Shown here: one piece after another, positions 1-38,067 of the stretch
How positions within the stretch are numbered: position 1 is the first letter of the stretch
Layout: every line of letters begins with the position of its first letter
Assembly: GCA_965112735.1 (NCBI GenBank)
Contig: OZ218960.1
Location: forward strand, 1,054,001 to 1,118,000
DNA from: Phaeosaccion multiseriatum
Taxonomy: Eukaryota; Protista; Ochrophyta, other classes
DNA: 64,000 nt
Direction of reading: 5' to 3'
Program-made: the position numbers and the translations under genes
The notes under the pieces: model-generated
What the model was told of the DNA's origin: nothing
Databases searched by the model: none
What the model saw: only the letters and a program-made list of their open reading frames with translations

Positions 1-18
1 ACACACACGCACACCCCC

Positions 19-51
<33 letters not shown>

Positions 52-84
52 TCCACACACACACACACACACACATGTACACAC

Positions 85-11468
<11,384 letters not shown>

Positions 11469-11840
11469 CGTGCTCCCTGCCTCTTATCGTATAGACCAAT
11501 CTCATGAGACAAGATCCATCGTATCACAAGAAAGAGAGAATTACGAGAAGTGCTGAGCTGTTCATCGTGAAGAAGGGAACTCTCTAAACGCGAGCCCCCT
11601 CTACTCTACTATGCACACTATATTGAGGGCCTGATGGTTTCCTCTTCGAACAGAGCAACATCGTTTGGTCAAGGCCATGGTCCACGAAGCGTCTGTAGTG
11701 GTCCACCAACCGTAAAAAAGTCGTTTCTGAAACCGTAAGATTCGTCATGAGCAAAAGGTAAGAAAAGAAAAAACAGAAACGTTATAACCCCTGTACGATA
11801 GCATACGCCCATCAGCTGCGCGTATGAGAGAGATGCTGAT
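11469..11840. promoter_or_regulatory. Probable bidirectional promoter (FN3 giant protein / 7TM)
   Basis: 372 bp of microsatellite-free sequence between divergent start codons; inferred from position only. Confidence 0.5.
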
Positions 11841-13541
<1,701 letters not shown>

Positions 13542-14099
13542 ATGTATATATATACTATGTATATATGTAAATACATGTATACATATATGTAATGCTACGA
13601 AGCATACAGATTACGTAGAGTCGCAAGTTAGTGTCCATCCAGCTTGAAAAATGAATGTTCTTGAAGTTTCAACACTGGCACATACACCGACGCGGATACC
13701 GCTCTCTGCCTCTCGTCCGGCGTTGATCGTCCGGCCTTCATCGCCTGATCATCTCGTAAGGTTACGTAGTAGTTCCTACTGCTAGATCGCACTCCCACCC
13801 AACCGGCAAGCACACCTCAGCAGTTCAACCACGTGATACATGAGAGCACCATGATGCAATGCCGATGATGGACCGAGGGACCGATGGACCGATGGACCGA
13901 TGGATGGATAACATCAAGCTTCCTCGTCTTCTTCCCCCGTGGAAGAGTGTTTTATGTATGACGGACGATCGATGGACCAAAGGACACCAAAGGGGCGAGG
14001 AACCCGCGGAACGGATCACCGTCAACCTCCCTCGTCTTCCTCTCTGCTCCTGTGGTGATGCTTCATGTAGGACGGACGATCGATGATCGATGATGAGCT

Positions 14100-26360
<12,261 letters not shown>

Positions 26361-26755
26361 CTGTGTTCTTGCTTATTGACTCACCGCCCTTTACGAGGTC
26401 AGGGTCCTCCGATAGCTCTGCCGCTGCGTCTGCCCCTTTATCAAAAACCATCTCCCGTTACAAGGGCTCCTCCCCCCCTGTCTCTCCGCTGTGCACTTGG
26501 TGCTCGTGCTCTTTTCCACCGGGCTGTGGGAGGCCTCACCCTCTCTCCCACAGAGAGCTGCACCATTGCACTCTTTCCTCAGCAACGAGCGAGCGTTGGG
26601 ACAAAGAGGAAGGACAGAAAAAGGAAAAAAGGGAAAATCGTGTTTACAGACATCTGTGACATCAACTGTAGACCGCCAACTGCCATAGCAGCCCCAACAT
26701 TTACATTTCCCAACATTTATCATTTTCCCCTCCCTTTCCTTTTTTGATTTCTTCA
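26361..26755. promoter_or_regulatory. Probable bidirectional promoter (TMC / DUF3783)
   Basis: About 395 bp between divergent starts, repeat-free. Confidence 0.5.
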
Positions 26756-27903
26756 ATGGGGCGGTGTCTTCTTGTAATCTTGGGGGCTCTTGCCTTGGCC
26801 TCTTGGGCTTCCGCCTTTGCGCCGTCCTGTGTGTGTCGAGGTGTCCGACAAAGTAGGTTAGCTCTTGCCTCTGGCGAGGACGATGGAGAGAAGGGCAAGT
26901 TCATTCGTATGGGCGAAGCTGCGGTTTTCCTGGGGCCGAGGTAAGACGTAAGGTACAGCTCGCTTTTCTCTCTTCCTCTCTCTCCCCTTCATCGTACCTC
27001 TTTCGCCAACTTTCCCACAGGGCTGTGGTCGCGGGCGGGATGAGTGCGGAGCAGCTCGAGGTAAGAGGAGGGCATATAATGGATTGAGAAATGCGCCCCT
27101 CCCCATCCAAAGTAAGCCCCTTTGTCGTCCGCCCATCCCCTGTCCCCGTCCTCCCGGTAGGTGGTGGACATGGTGCTGCCAATAGACCAGCACACGCCGC
27201 TCCTGGCCTTCACCAAAGACATGGCCCGCTCCACGCTGGAACAGGTAGGGCTTTATCCCCGGGAGGAAGTAGGTGATACGAGAGAAGAGATGAGAGACGA
27301 GAGAGGAGACGATGGGAGAGAAGAGAGAAGAGAGGAGAGAGGAGAGCTCTATGATGCTCTGGGGAATGAGATCGTTAGTTCACGAACGCGGGACACACTC
27401 TCTCTCTCCCCCCCCCCCCCTAACTTCCGCCCCCTTCCCCTCCAGCTCATCGATCCTTTAAACACACAGACCCCCCCTCCTCAAAGCCCATGCCCTCGTT
27501 CCTCCTCCTGTGCTTCTCTATCTCTCTCTCTCTCTCGCCACGCCATCGCTCCCCGAAGGTCTTGGACAAGCGCCTGGAGCTGGAGGAGGCGCAAAACGCC
27601 GCTGAGACGCTCAGCATTGCACCCCTGGACACCCCCGTCATCCTCCTCAGCGGCTTTGATCCCGAGCAGATAAAGGCCTTTATACGCAACTACAAGGAGA
27701 CAGCTGCAGCAGAGGCGCTGCTGGCGAACGCAAAGGAGGGTGAGGGTGAGGTGCTGCCTCCGCCCAGGGTGGCCTTCTCGCGAGCGATGCCAGCTGCGAT
27801 GGGTAAGCAAATGTCGCGTCTCTTGGGGGAAATTACCGACGACCACAAGGATAGACTGGCCAACATGGAGGAGGCGGCGAGGAAAGCGGCGCAGCAATCA
27901 TGA
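26756..27903 (+). CDS. Plastid-targeted DUF3783-like protein, 217 aa
   Basis: Exons 26756-26940, 27021-27060, 27161-27244, 27559-27903. The signal peptide ends WASA-FAP, followed by an R/S-rich transit peptide. The C-terminal PVILLSGFDPEQIKAFI...PRVAFSRAMP...LLGEITDDH resembles DUF3783. Confidence 0.8.
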
Positions 27904-29579
27904 GAGAGGTGGGTGGGTTGGGAGGCGAGAGAGGGGAAGGGGAGGGGAGGAGGAAGTGAGTGGGGGAGTGAGTGAGTGGCCTCCTGTTGTTCTGAGGCAT
28001 GGTGGTGGTGTACTCTGCCGCAAGGGGAGAGCTCCTCTTTCTTCAACGTTCGCCAGAGTGCTGAACGTTGTCCTCTGCGTCCCCCGCTTCCTTCATTCCT
28101 TCCTTCCTTCCTTCCTCTGCACGTCACTCCCCTCCTTTCTTCTCCCTCCCCTCCCCTCCCCTTCCCTTTTCTTCCCTACCCTACCCTACCCTACCCTACC
28201 CTACCCTGCCCTACCCTGCCCTACCCTCACCTACCCTCGATCAGAGCCCGTCAACGAAGCTGGGGGTGCGGCCCACTCAGCGGCGTAAAACCTCGACACG
28301 CAAGCAAGATTGTCACACCCCATGGGAGAGGAACAGGCAGCCAGGCAGCCAGGCAGCCAGGCTAGGCAACATGTACGCAACAGGCAGCCAGGCATGGTGT
28401 GTCGCATATATGGCAGCCCAGTGGACGGATCAGGGGACATGCGACGGTTTCAACCCCTACCTTCCAAGCGTGGCCGCCCCCTCTTGTCTAGGCATTCCAC
28501 AGCCCCTTCCTCACATGGACTATCTGGAAGGCGTCGGAAGACTCCACTCGGAGAAATGTCCGTCACCCTTCGTGCATGGAGAGAGGCGGGCTGGGACGGA
28601 GTCTGGTGGAGGTCCCTATCCGCCGCCGACTTGAGCGTGTAGCTGGGATGGTGGCCGAGTGTGGCTGGTCGTTACACACAGCAGGCGACTCTACGTGGGA
28701 GTGCCAAGCTTTCAAGTGTATGCCCAACTTTGGATGCCCAACTTTGGATACCCAACGTCTTGAGGCTGTGGGATAAGACCTCCTGCCGCCCGGGGCTGGA
28801 GCGCGCAAGGGGACGGGCGAGACCCTTTTGTGGCCTGGGGTGGAGGGGCGGTGGTCCCTGCTGGGCGCTAGCCTCCCTGCATCTGCAACCAACGCCTCGA
28901 CCTCCCTCGTCGAACTCCTTTACCGTGTCTGAGGTGCCCAAGTGGCACTGAGAATTGAGAACAGGGCGGAGTGTGGTCGCGCACGCGCAAGCAATAGAAT
29001 GAAGCCCAGGTTTGATTTTTTTTAAATTGATTTACCATTTACCATGTCTTTGATACAAAGTTGTTCTCTGTCTTGAAGTAAGAGTGTGCTTCAAAGCCTT
29101 CAGTGTCAAAACGGCAAGAAGGCATTGACAATCCAGTGATCGGCATCTGCAGCCTCATAGACAGACCCTCACTCCACTCCAGTCTCAGTGTGGGCAGTGT
29201 TGGCCTACCTCAAGGCATCAAGGCCGAAAGTTACCTTCTCGGCAAGACTAAAAAGCCCGATAAACCTCCTCAGCGCCTGGGTCGCTGATGCCCGCCCATG
29301 CTCCTGACCTTCCATCGCGAGTGTTCCGTGGACGATCGGTGCCGGCCTCTCTTATGCTCGCATCACCTCGCGACAAGTACCACCTTCAGCCGGGGGGGCT
29401 AGGTCCAGCGTCCTGACGATTAGTAAGGCCCGTAAAAACTGCACGAAGTCATCACACAAACTCGTTCATTGCTTGTGCTCCCTTGTTGGGTCGACCCGGG
29501 CTCTGGCATCGATCCACATCCCTGCTGGTCGTGTGCAGGACGTCAGCGTAGACTTCGTCCATACACGGGTCAAAGGACA

Positions 29580-30316
29580 TCAGCGAAGAATGGGCTCTTG
29601 CATGGGCGCCTCTGGGGGGGGAGGAGGCGGGCAGCAGCACTCCACCAGGCCGCAAGTTACAATGCAGCACAAGACGCGGCGGGGGTCTCCACAGGGAGGG
29701 CAGCAGCAAAGGGGTGGTCCTGAAGCCACAGAGCCAGAAGGCCGAGGTAGAAGGTAGGCAGCAAGGAGATTAAGGAGGGGGGGGAGGTGGGTGGGGCGTA
29801 AGGAGGGATCACATAAGCAGGGCTCTCATTCGACTTGGGGGGGGGCGGGTGGGAGGAGCGAATAGCCAAGGAGTGCCCGAGGACCGGGTTTATAGTGAAT
29901 GACAGGCAGCACATCTCATCCCTTGAAATATAACATATCCCGAGGAGCAAGCACGTACCTATGGGACCTCCTGGACCTCCTCCCGGGCCGCCGCGGGGAC
30001 CTTTGTCAAGAGCAAAACGTGGCAGCAGCACAAACAAAGGGGAGCGACGGGGGGACGACGAGTGCATGGCGGCCGTGAGGAAGCCATGAAAAAACCCATC
30101 TTCCGCGCAAATGCCTCGCCTACGCGCTACTCACCTCCTGGCCCGCCGAAGCCACCCCCATGGTGCCCACCTCGCCCTCCACCTCGGCCTCCACCTGAGC
30201 GCGCGAGAGAGAGATGACGGTGACGAACAGGATTAAGCGAGCAGGCCGAACAGGTGGATGTGGTTGGGACCTATTCGTAAGGTGGCCTGCATCGGCTTAC
30301 CTCCTGGACCAGGCAT
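29580..30316 (-). CDS. Small Gly/Pro-rich protein with Cys-rich C-terminus (CYSTM-like), 85 aa
   Basis: Exons 30316-30301, 30194-30135, 30000-29959, 29719-29580. Donors gtaagc, gtgagt, gtacgt; all introns phase 1. Product MPGPGGGGRGGGRGGHHGGGFGGPGGPRGGPGGGPGGPIGPPLCCCPPCGDPRRVLCCIVTCGLVECCCPPPPPPEAPMQEPILR. Not in the ORF track. Confidence 0.78.
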
Positions 30317-30620
30317 TTATAAAAAAGAAAAAAAAATATTCGTTGGCGATTGGCAGTTGAAAAGGAAGGGATTCCGCCCTGGGATGAACACATACATACG
30401 TACATTCGATAGGTGTATCCCACATCCTTCATGTTTTGGAAGTTTAGCCCGCTTCCGCATTGATAAAAAGCAGCAGCCTCTCGTGTCACGGACGTGAAGT
30501 GGTTTCCACTGACTGCAGGCCTCCTGAACTCCTGGTGCTCCCAGCTTTCGGACAGACTCCTTTTTGGCGAGGGGCGGGCTCTTGCCCTCTTGCCCGACTC
30601 CCTCGGCAGATCATCAGCAG
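30317..30620. promoter_or_regulatory. Probable bidirectional promoter (Gly/Cys-rich gene / 2TM gene)
   Basis: About 304 bp between predicted divergent starts. Confidence 0.4.
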
Positions 30621-32454
30621 ATGGGGCCGCTGCACCGCGTTTCGGAGCTCCTCTCCAGACGTGGGCCCGTGCGCACTGTGACCATCTATGTGTCCTTCGT
30701 GGTCCTCGCCTTCTTCATCTTTCCCCTCTCCGTCAAGATGGTAAGAGTACTCACGAAAGCGAATGAAAAATAATTGGGAGCGACCACCCTCTCCTTTTGT
30801 CTTTGTCTACCATCTCTCTGCACCCCTCTGCCCCAGCCCACCCCTCGATCTCTCCATCTGACTCAGACGCACGGATGTTCTGCACGCACTATCCCCCCAA
30901 ACCCCCCTCCAGGCATTTGGCGAGGAACTATGGATGCATGTCATCTCGGGGACAGTTCTGTTCGTCGGTATCCCTGCCATCTGCTTTAGCGGGTATGACA
31001 TCATCGTGCATGGCGCAGAGAGGCGACAGGAGCTGCAGCTGGAGATGAGCAGGGACCTCATTCGCAGGCAAACGCACTTGTGCGTCAAGCCGCAGGCAAG
31101 TCAGTGAGGTGGGGTGGAGGGAGGAGGAGAGAGAAGTGACCGTTAGCAGCTTCTTCTGCGCTGAGGGGAACGTGTCAACGCCTCTACAGCCCGGTGTGTG
31201 GTTGCATTCTCCGGTGCCTTCCCCCACCCTTCGCATGATCTCTGACTCCCTCATCGCTGCCCTCTTCTCTCCCTCCTCCTCCTCCTCCTCCTCCTCCTCC
31301 TCCTCCTCCTCCTCCTCCTCCTCCTCCTCCTCCTCCTCCTCCTCAGGTACTGGGTAGCGTGGTGGTGTTTTCGGTTGTTGTGGAGAAGCGTGGTGCTCCC
31401 GAGTCGCGTTGGCTGCAACTCTCCTCGGAGTGTGCCTCCATTGACCTGGTGGAGGCCTTCGGCTTGGATGGAAAGAAGGTGCGTGCGTGCGACTTGTGCA
31501 GATGAGGAGTAGCAATGACTCACCCGGAGGCATTTCTCCATGTTCGAAATGCCGCAGCCTTACCCTTACCCTTGTCATTGCCCTGTCTGACACCCACTCA
31601 CGCGCTCACCCCCCCTAATCACTCACTCACTCACGCACGCACGCACGCACTTTCAAACACTCACCCACTCACTATTCCCACGCACGCACTCACACACTCA
31701 CTCATTCACTTACTCACTCACTCACTCACTCATTCACTTACTCACTCACTCATTCCCTCACTCCCTCACTCCCTCACTCACTCACTCACTCACTCCACTC
31801 ACTCACTCACTCACACACTCACTCACTCACTCACTCACTCACTCATTCCCTCAACCACCCTTCCACCCGCTCACCCACCCACTCACTCACTCACTCACTC
31901 ACTCGCCCTTCCCACTCACATGCAGGACACTGCGGGCCCCGTGCGTAGGTTGATGGAAGCGACCTTTGGCCCCAAGGGGCTCCATTGCACCGTTCTGGTG
32001 GGCGGCGGCAGGGCAGGTGCGTTTTGTAGACAGGGGGGAGTGTTTGTGCTGCCTAGTGTACAGTCGTGGTGTCGGAGTCAATTTCGATTTCGATATCATA
32101 TCTTGTACTTCGAAGTACTTCGCAGTAGTAGTCAATTTTGATATATCGATATGTTAGTGCTAAATGGTCTCGACTACACCGTCCTGGTGGAGGGGGGGAT
32201 GAGAACATCCGCGGCTCAGTGTCTATTAATTTGAGTGGTGCATAGTGCGTAACGGGGAAGTGGTTGTAAGTGTAAGTGGTCAAGTTCGTTGTCGATATTC
32301 CTCTTGTCGCTAAGACCGCAGCTGGCTGTAACTATATGACTGTGACCAGGCCCCACCGGACTGGCAGTGGCCGTCGGAGCGGAGGACTTTGGACCATCTC
32401 TCGCGGCGACTGTGGGTCAATACATCCACGAAGGTGATGATGCTCAATTACCCT

Positions 32455-32485
<31 letters not shown>

Positions 32486-32910
32486 CTCCTCCTCCTCCTC
32501 CTCCTCCTCCTGCTCCTCCTCCTCCTCCTCCTCCTGCTCCTCCTCCTCCTCTTCCTGCTCCTCCTCCTCCTCCTCCTCCTTCCCCTCCTCCTCCTCCTCC
32601 TCATCATCATCCTCCTCCTCCTCCTCCTCCTCCTCCTCCTCTATGGATACCATTAGTCCCTCTGCGCTGTGCTGCTTGCTTCAGTCGCGTTGGTTTGGTC
32701 TTTCGATCCACAGTAAGCAACTCATCCTCCCCTCGCCAGATTCTCCTACTCCTGGAGACCGCCGCCGACAATGGAGAGCTTACCCGATTGCTGCCTCCCC
32801 CCCTCAGTCTCCTCCCCTACCCCCCCCCCCCTCCCCAATGTCCTGTCTGTCGCCCCGTTGCATTTTCTTACTGTCCCTCAGCAATGCGAGAAGGAATCAC
32901 GACCCAATGA
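30621..32910 (+). CDS. Hypothetical protein with two N-terminal TM helices, ~212 aa
   Basis: Exons 30621-30740, 30913-31095, 31347-31478, 31926-32016, 32350-32433, 32882-32910 splice in phase; the second intron has a GC donor (cag/gcaagt). TM-like segments TVTIYVSFVVLAFFIFPLSV and VISGTVLFVGIPAICFSGY. Start and last exon are less certain. Confidence 0.65.
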
Positions 32911-33557
32911 CCCAATAGCACCCAACTAGTACCCCAAGCACACTCCCTCGACGAGAGACGAGGCTTCCCGGTGGAAGGAACGACCGACGGACCGAGCGAC
33001 CGACCATTTCACTTTGGCGGGTGTGTAGTGCTCAGGGGCGGTGCAACAGTTGGTGATATACCACCGACAATGATAGCGTCCTGGTAGGATAGGATAGGGT
33101 CGTCTTCTCGTTGTGGTTTCCAGCCCCAAATGCTGTGGATCAATCCAAACACCAAACTGGAGTGAAGTAACAGGGGCATACACCAATCAAAGGCCACTTG
33201 TCTGAATATCGACTCCCACGTCTGTCTCGACGGAGATGCGTTCACCGCAACCGCTTAGCCCCCTTGGGCAGCAACTTCCATAAGGGTGCCGAGAGAGAGG
33301 CGTTGTGGGCCTCCACCTCGACCCCTCGCAGAAACCCTGTGCCCTTCTACTTCCCCTTCCCCTTCCCTCCCTCAATGATGAGGTGCGGTGGGCAGGGGTG
33401 GGTATGGCAGAGTAGCATTGTCAAAGAGGGTTTCAGGAGGAGCGAAGCACCAAGGCCGGCCTCGAAAAGACAAGCTGTGAGGTGAAACCGCACACCGCTG
33501 AAACCGCTGTTGCTGCTGCTGACCGAGTCGGGGAGGCAGCCGAAACAACAAGCAAGG

Positions 33558-33588
<31 letters not shown>

Positions 33589-34060
33589 GGGAGCCTTATC
33601 CGTGCAGGGGCAACGAGGGGAGAGCCCCCCTGTTTCTCTTCCCAATGGCCGGCCCATCCCTCGTGTGTCTCGCTGCCGTTGGAGTGTCACTGCCCCTATC
33701 GTGGATGAGACGACGGGCGTGGAGGCGTTACGGGGTTTGGGGCACGACTTGTGTCACACGACTCGTGTCGCAGGAAGAGGCTCCCAAAAAAGCGAATGTG
33801 CGTGCTTCGTGCCAGCGCATGTGAAGGACGAGGGCTCAGGCAAGCAGCCTTTTGACATCGCCCCCCCCCCCCGGCGCGCGGTGGAGATCAAGGGCGAACA
33901 CCACTGACACTGAAACTACCCGCGAGGGCAAACCAAACCAAACCCTGAAACCGTGAGCCCGTCGTCAGCCACGTCCGTCCCTCCGTCGACAGGCACGGCC
34001 AGCACCACGGCAACGTACGTGTATGTGTGTGTGCTCTTCTGCTTGCACCACCACCCGGAC

Positions 34061-35137
34061 ACAGTCCATCCGCCAGTCCGTCCGTCAGCCGTCCGCCCGT
34101 CAGTCGACAAGCATGGCCACATTCCATCCGCCAGTCCGTCCGTCAGCCGTCCGCCCGTCAGTCGACAAGCATGGCCACATTCCATCCGCCAGTCCGTCCG
34201 TCAGCCGTCCGCCCGTCAGTCGACAAGCATGGCCACATTCCATCCGCCAGTCCGTCCGTCAGCCGTCCGTCCGTCAGTCGACAAGCATGGCCACATTCCA
34301 TCCGCCAGTCCGTCCGTCAGCCGTCCGTCCGTCAGTCGACAAGCATGGACACGTCCGCCCGTCAGTCGACAAGCATGGCCACATTCCATCCGCCAGTCCG
34401 TCCGTCAGCCGTCTGCCCGTCAGTCGACAAGCATGGCCACAGTCCATCCGCCAGTCCGTCCGTCAGCCGTCCGTCCGTCAGTCGACAAGCATGGCCACAT
34501 TCCATCCGCCAGTCCGTCCGTCAGCCGTCCGTCCGTCAGTCGACAAGCATGGCCACATTCCATCTGCCAGTCCGTCCGTCAGCCGTCCGCCCGTCAGTCG
34601 ACAAGCATGGCCACATTCCATCCGCCAGTCCGTCCGTCAGCCGTCCGCCCGTCAGTCGACAAGCATGGCCACATTCCATCCGCCAGTCCGTCCGTCAGCC
34701 GTCCGCCCGTCAGTCGACAAGCATGGCCACATTCCATCCGCCAGTCCGTCCGTCAGCCGTCCGTCCGTCAGTCGACAAGCATGGCCACATTCCATCCGCC
34801 AGTCCGTCCGTCAGCCGTCCGTCCGTCAGTCGACAAGCATGGACACATTCCATCCGCCAGTCCGTCCGTCAGCCGTCCGCCCGTCAGTCGACAAGCATGG
34901 CCACATTCCATCCGCCAGTCCGTCCGTCAGCCGTCCGCCCGTCAGTCGACAAGCATGGCCACAGTCCATCCGCCAGACCGTCCGTCAGCCGTCCGCCCGT
35001 CAGTCGACAAGCATGGCCACATTCCATCCGCCAGTCCGTCCGTCAGCCGTCCGCCCGTCAGTCGACAAGCATGGCCACATTCCATCCGCCAGTCCGTCCG
35101 TCAGCTGTCCGTCCGTCAGTCGACAAGCATGGCCACA
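34061..35137. repeat. 58-bp minisatellite, about 18-19 copies
   Basis: Unit cagtcgacaagcatggccacattccatccgccagtccgtccgtcagccgtccgcccgt; GTCGAC sites 58 bp apart (34103, 34161...); one truncated unit near 34350; no unique spacers. Confidence 0.97.
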
Positions 35138-35253
35138 TAGTGTGCTCTTGCTACTCTTGCACTTGTCATGGCCACATAGTGTGCTCTTGCTTGCACCACC
35201 ACTCCGCTGAAACCGTCATCGCCATCAGTCATCGCCATGAGGCGTCCATCAGA

Positions 35254-37964
35254 TCAGTCGACAAGCATGGCCATGACCACCATCGTGACGACAATGAGCA
35301 AGGTCCACAGTAGCTTCCGACCACCCTCGTTACGCTGATTGCTTTGGAGGAGGAAGTACAAGAGGGTACCCGCCGCGGAAATGTTTGCCTCAGTAAGGAA
35401 GCCAGGGTCCACACAGAGGATGCGCCACGTGGAAGGCACCAAGAGCTTGATATCGAAACGGACGCGGCTCCAATAGGCTCTGACGACGGAAAGTTTGCTC
35501 ATGCAGAGAGAGAGGGCTTGATGCTCCTTGCTGGACGAGGGGATGACGTTGAGGATGCTCAGCTGGCATCGCTCGACAGCGAGCACGGACTGGTGAGGGA
35601 GAGAGGGGGAGAGGGAGGGAGTTGAGGGGGTGAGTGAGTGCGTGAGTGAGTGTGAGTGTGAGATGAGTGCGTGAGTAGAGTGAGTGAGTTGAGTGAGTGC
35701 GTGAGTGAGTGAGCGAGTGAGTGAGTGAGTGAGTGAGTGAGTGATGGAAGCATGTCAGGGTGAGGTGAGGTGAAGTAGAGCGCGTAGGCTAGATGAGGCA
35801 GAGCGTAAAGGAGGGGGGTGTCGTGGTTGGCGTGGGTGGGCGGGTTGGGGTGGGTGGGTGGGTTTGGGAGACGAAATGACCGGGCTCTGGTCTCGTCGGA
35901 TATGTAGGCTTGCTCCTCACTTCGGCCATCATCAAAACAAAAAAAACCAAGCACCAACAGCAACGTGGGACCGTCACCAACTGCGGCTGCTCCTGGTGCT
36001 GTATCACCAACTTCTGCTGCTGCCCCTGCTGCTCTACCACGGAGCCAGCATACTTACCGTCTCTAGCGAGGCGTTAAGCAGGGAGGCCTTGAGCACGAGG
36101 TGCATGATGAGCAGTTGGGTGATGACCGCGAAGAGAAGGAATCCCGTGTTGGCGCTCCGTCTGCCATTTGTGATTTTGAGTGTTCATGTGTGTGTGTGTA
36201 GAGGGGAGGTGTTTGGTCGTCTGTTGGTCGTCATCTGTGAGTCTCATGACGCAGTAGAGGACACTGCAGCCTGCACCCCCTCCCTCTCTCTCCTCCACGC
36301 ACGCACACACACACACACACGCGCGCGCGCACACACACACACACAAATACACTGGCGACCATGATACTGAAGGAGATTGATTGATTCCTCACTTGGCCAC
36401 GCACGCAAGCACACACGCACACACACAAGCACACACACATATGCACGCACACATACAAACACACACACGCACACACACCCACAAACACCCACACCCACAC
36501 ACCCACACACATCCATACACCCACACACCCACACACCCACACCCACACACCCACACACACCCACACACCCACCTCGCAAGGAGCGCCAGAACGATGTGCA
36601 GGATTAGAAACACGGTGAACCAACCCTCCCCTGTGAGAAGAGCGAGGGCGGGGCGGCAGAGAGGGCACAGAGAGAGAGAGAGAGAGATAAGAGACAGAGA
36701 CAGATAGTGATCTTGATAGATAGAGAGAGAGAGAGAAACATATAGAAGAGAGAAAGAGAGAGAGAGAGGACAGAGAGAGGGAGAGGGAGACAGAGAGTGA
36801 GACAGACTGAGAGAGAGAAGAGAGAGAGAGAGAGAGGTGGCGGGGAGGACGGCAGAGAGGGGGCCCAGCGTGAGTTTGAGAGGTATGAAGGGTACAGGGT
36901 AAGGGCAGTTTCAGTTCCACCTTCGACTGACCAAGGCGGAGGGCCTTGATCACGAGTGTGAGAGAGCCCGTCTCCTCCCCTTGGCGAAACATGTTGTCGA
37001 TCGCATCGCCAAAGTCAACGTCCATATTGCCGTCCGTCGTGGCTGCACGCATGAAGCGGAGCTTCGATGACACCTCCTGAACGGGCGGGCACACACGCAC
37101 GCACACACACACGCACACACACGCAGGGACACGCAAACATATCGCAGGGAAACACGATACATACAAATAGGTAGAAAGGGAGTGAGAGAACGAGAGACAG
37201 ATACAAACAAACAAACACACACACACCACGCGCGCGCGACAGGCTCAGATCGTGCCATTCAGCCGCTGTTGATAGCAGCTTGTTGCAGTCGCTGCTGCTG
37301 ACTCACCGAGTGGACGCCCAGCATGCGTGTGTGCCAGCGAGGAATGTCCTCCTGTAGCCTCCGGAGGTCAGCCATGCTCATCGCCTTCGTACCGCTGCCG
37401 CTTTTGCCGGCCTCCTTCACGGTGCAAAGCGGTATCTTTACTCGGTACTGACTCGTGCAGTGTTCCAGAGATCTGTGGAGCAAGAAGGAGAAAGCGGACA
37501 GAAAAAGACGATTGGAGGGCTGAAGTTATTATGGGCAGTATGCATAGCGGGAAGGTATGCAAAAGTACGTTGACTGATCCGTGCAGAGCTTCTGGGATGA
37601 TGGTGCTCGCTCACCTCCAGGTCGGTAGGTAACCCAGGAAAAAAAGCGAGAGCAACAGGACCGCCAAGACGGTCATGAGGCTCTTTGAATGCGGCCGGTC
37701 TGACATGGACTCCATTCTACGAGATGAGGAAGGAGAGTGTGCGGCATGTTAGGATGGGGTAGTAGCAGAGTGATACGGAAAGAGAAAATCATTGTCATCC
37801 GACCTTCTGAAGCTCTTGACCCTGGTCCGCCATGTGCTGCGCCTGTCGTCCTTGGCATTCGGCAACACCACCCTCAAGCTGTTAAACCTTCTCAAGAGTG
37901 ACCTCGTTTCCTCCTCCTTTTTCTCCTCCTTGCCTTCGTCGTCTTCATCACCTTGATGTTTCAT
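35254..37964 (-). CDS. Hypothetical multi-pass membrane protein, ~356 aa
   Basis: Exons 37964-37804, 37716-37615, 37472-37307, 37076-36932, 36630-36573, 36160-36058, 35589-35254 in phase with GT-AG ends; about four hydrophobic helices. The 3' end could instead splice across the 58-bp array to ~33904. Confidence 0.65.
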
Positions 37965-38067
37965 TTCAGCTTTTCCTCTTCCCTCGGCGCGGGAGAATGG
38001 AAAATCCTATGGGCCAGGAGAGACGACGACGCTCTCTCCCTCCCCTCTCTCCACTGACGCCCTGACG
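37965..38067. promoter_or_regulatory. Very short divergent spacer (membrane protein / DNAJC2)
   Basis: Only 103 bp between predicted divergent ATGs. Confidence 0.5.

Noticed and set aside
28240-28951. Short ORFs in non-repetitive sequence after the DUF3783 gene, with a 15-bp repeat at ~28720-28756
   Set aside because: No motif, no consistent splice structure, no transposase or reverse transcriptase signature.
29100-29470. Protein-like minus-strand frame with several stops (possible pseudogene)
   Set aside because: No recognisable homology; it lies just downstream of the 85-aa gene and is more simply 3' UTR or intergenic.
33440-33910. ORF 33482-33907, or an additional minus-strand exon
   Set aside because: No recognisable product; the frame depends on a 12-C homopolymer and cannot be supported.
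34061-35137. 58-bp array as a CRISPR array or as 395-428 aa repeat proteins
   Set aside because: No unique spacers, no cas genes, eukaryotic context; open in all three plus frames only because the unit lacks stops.
36350-36392. Micro-exon in the multi-pass membrane gene
   Set aside because: Weak donor and breaks the phase; the flanking exons join directly.
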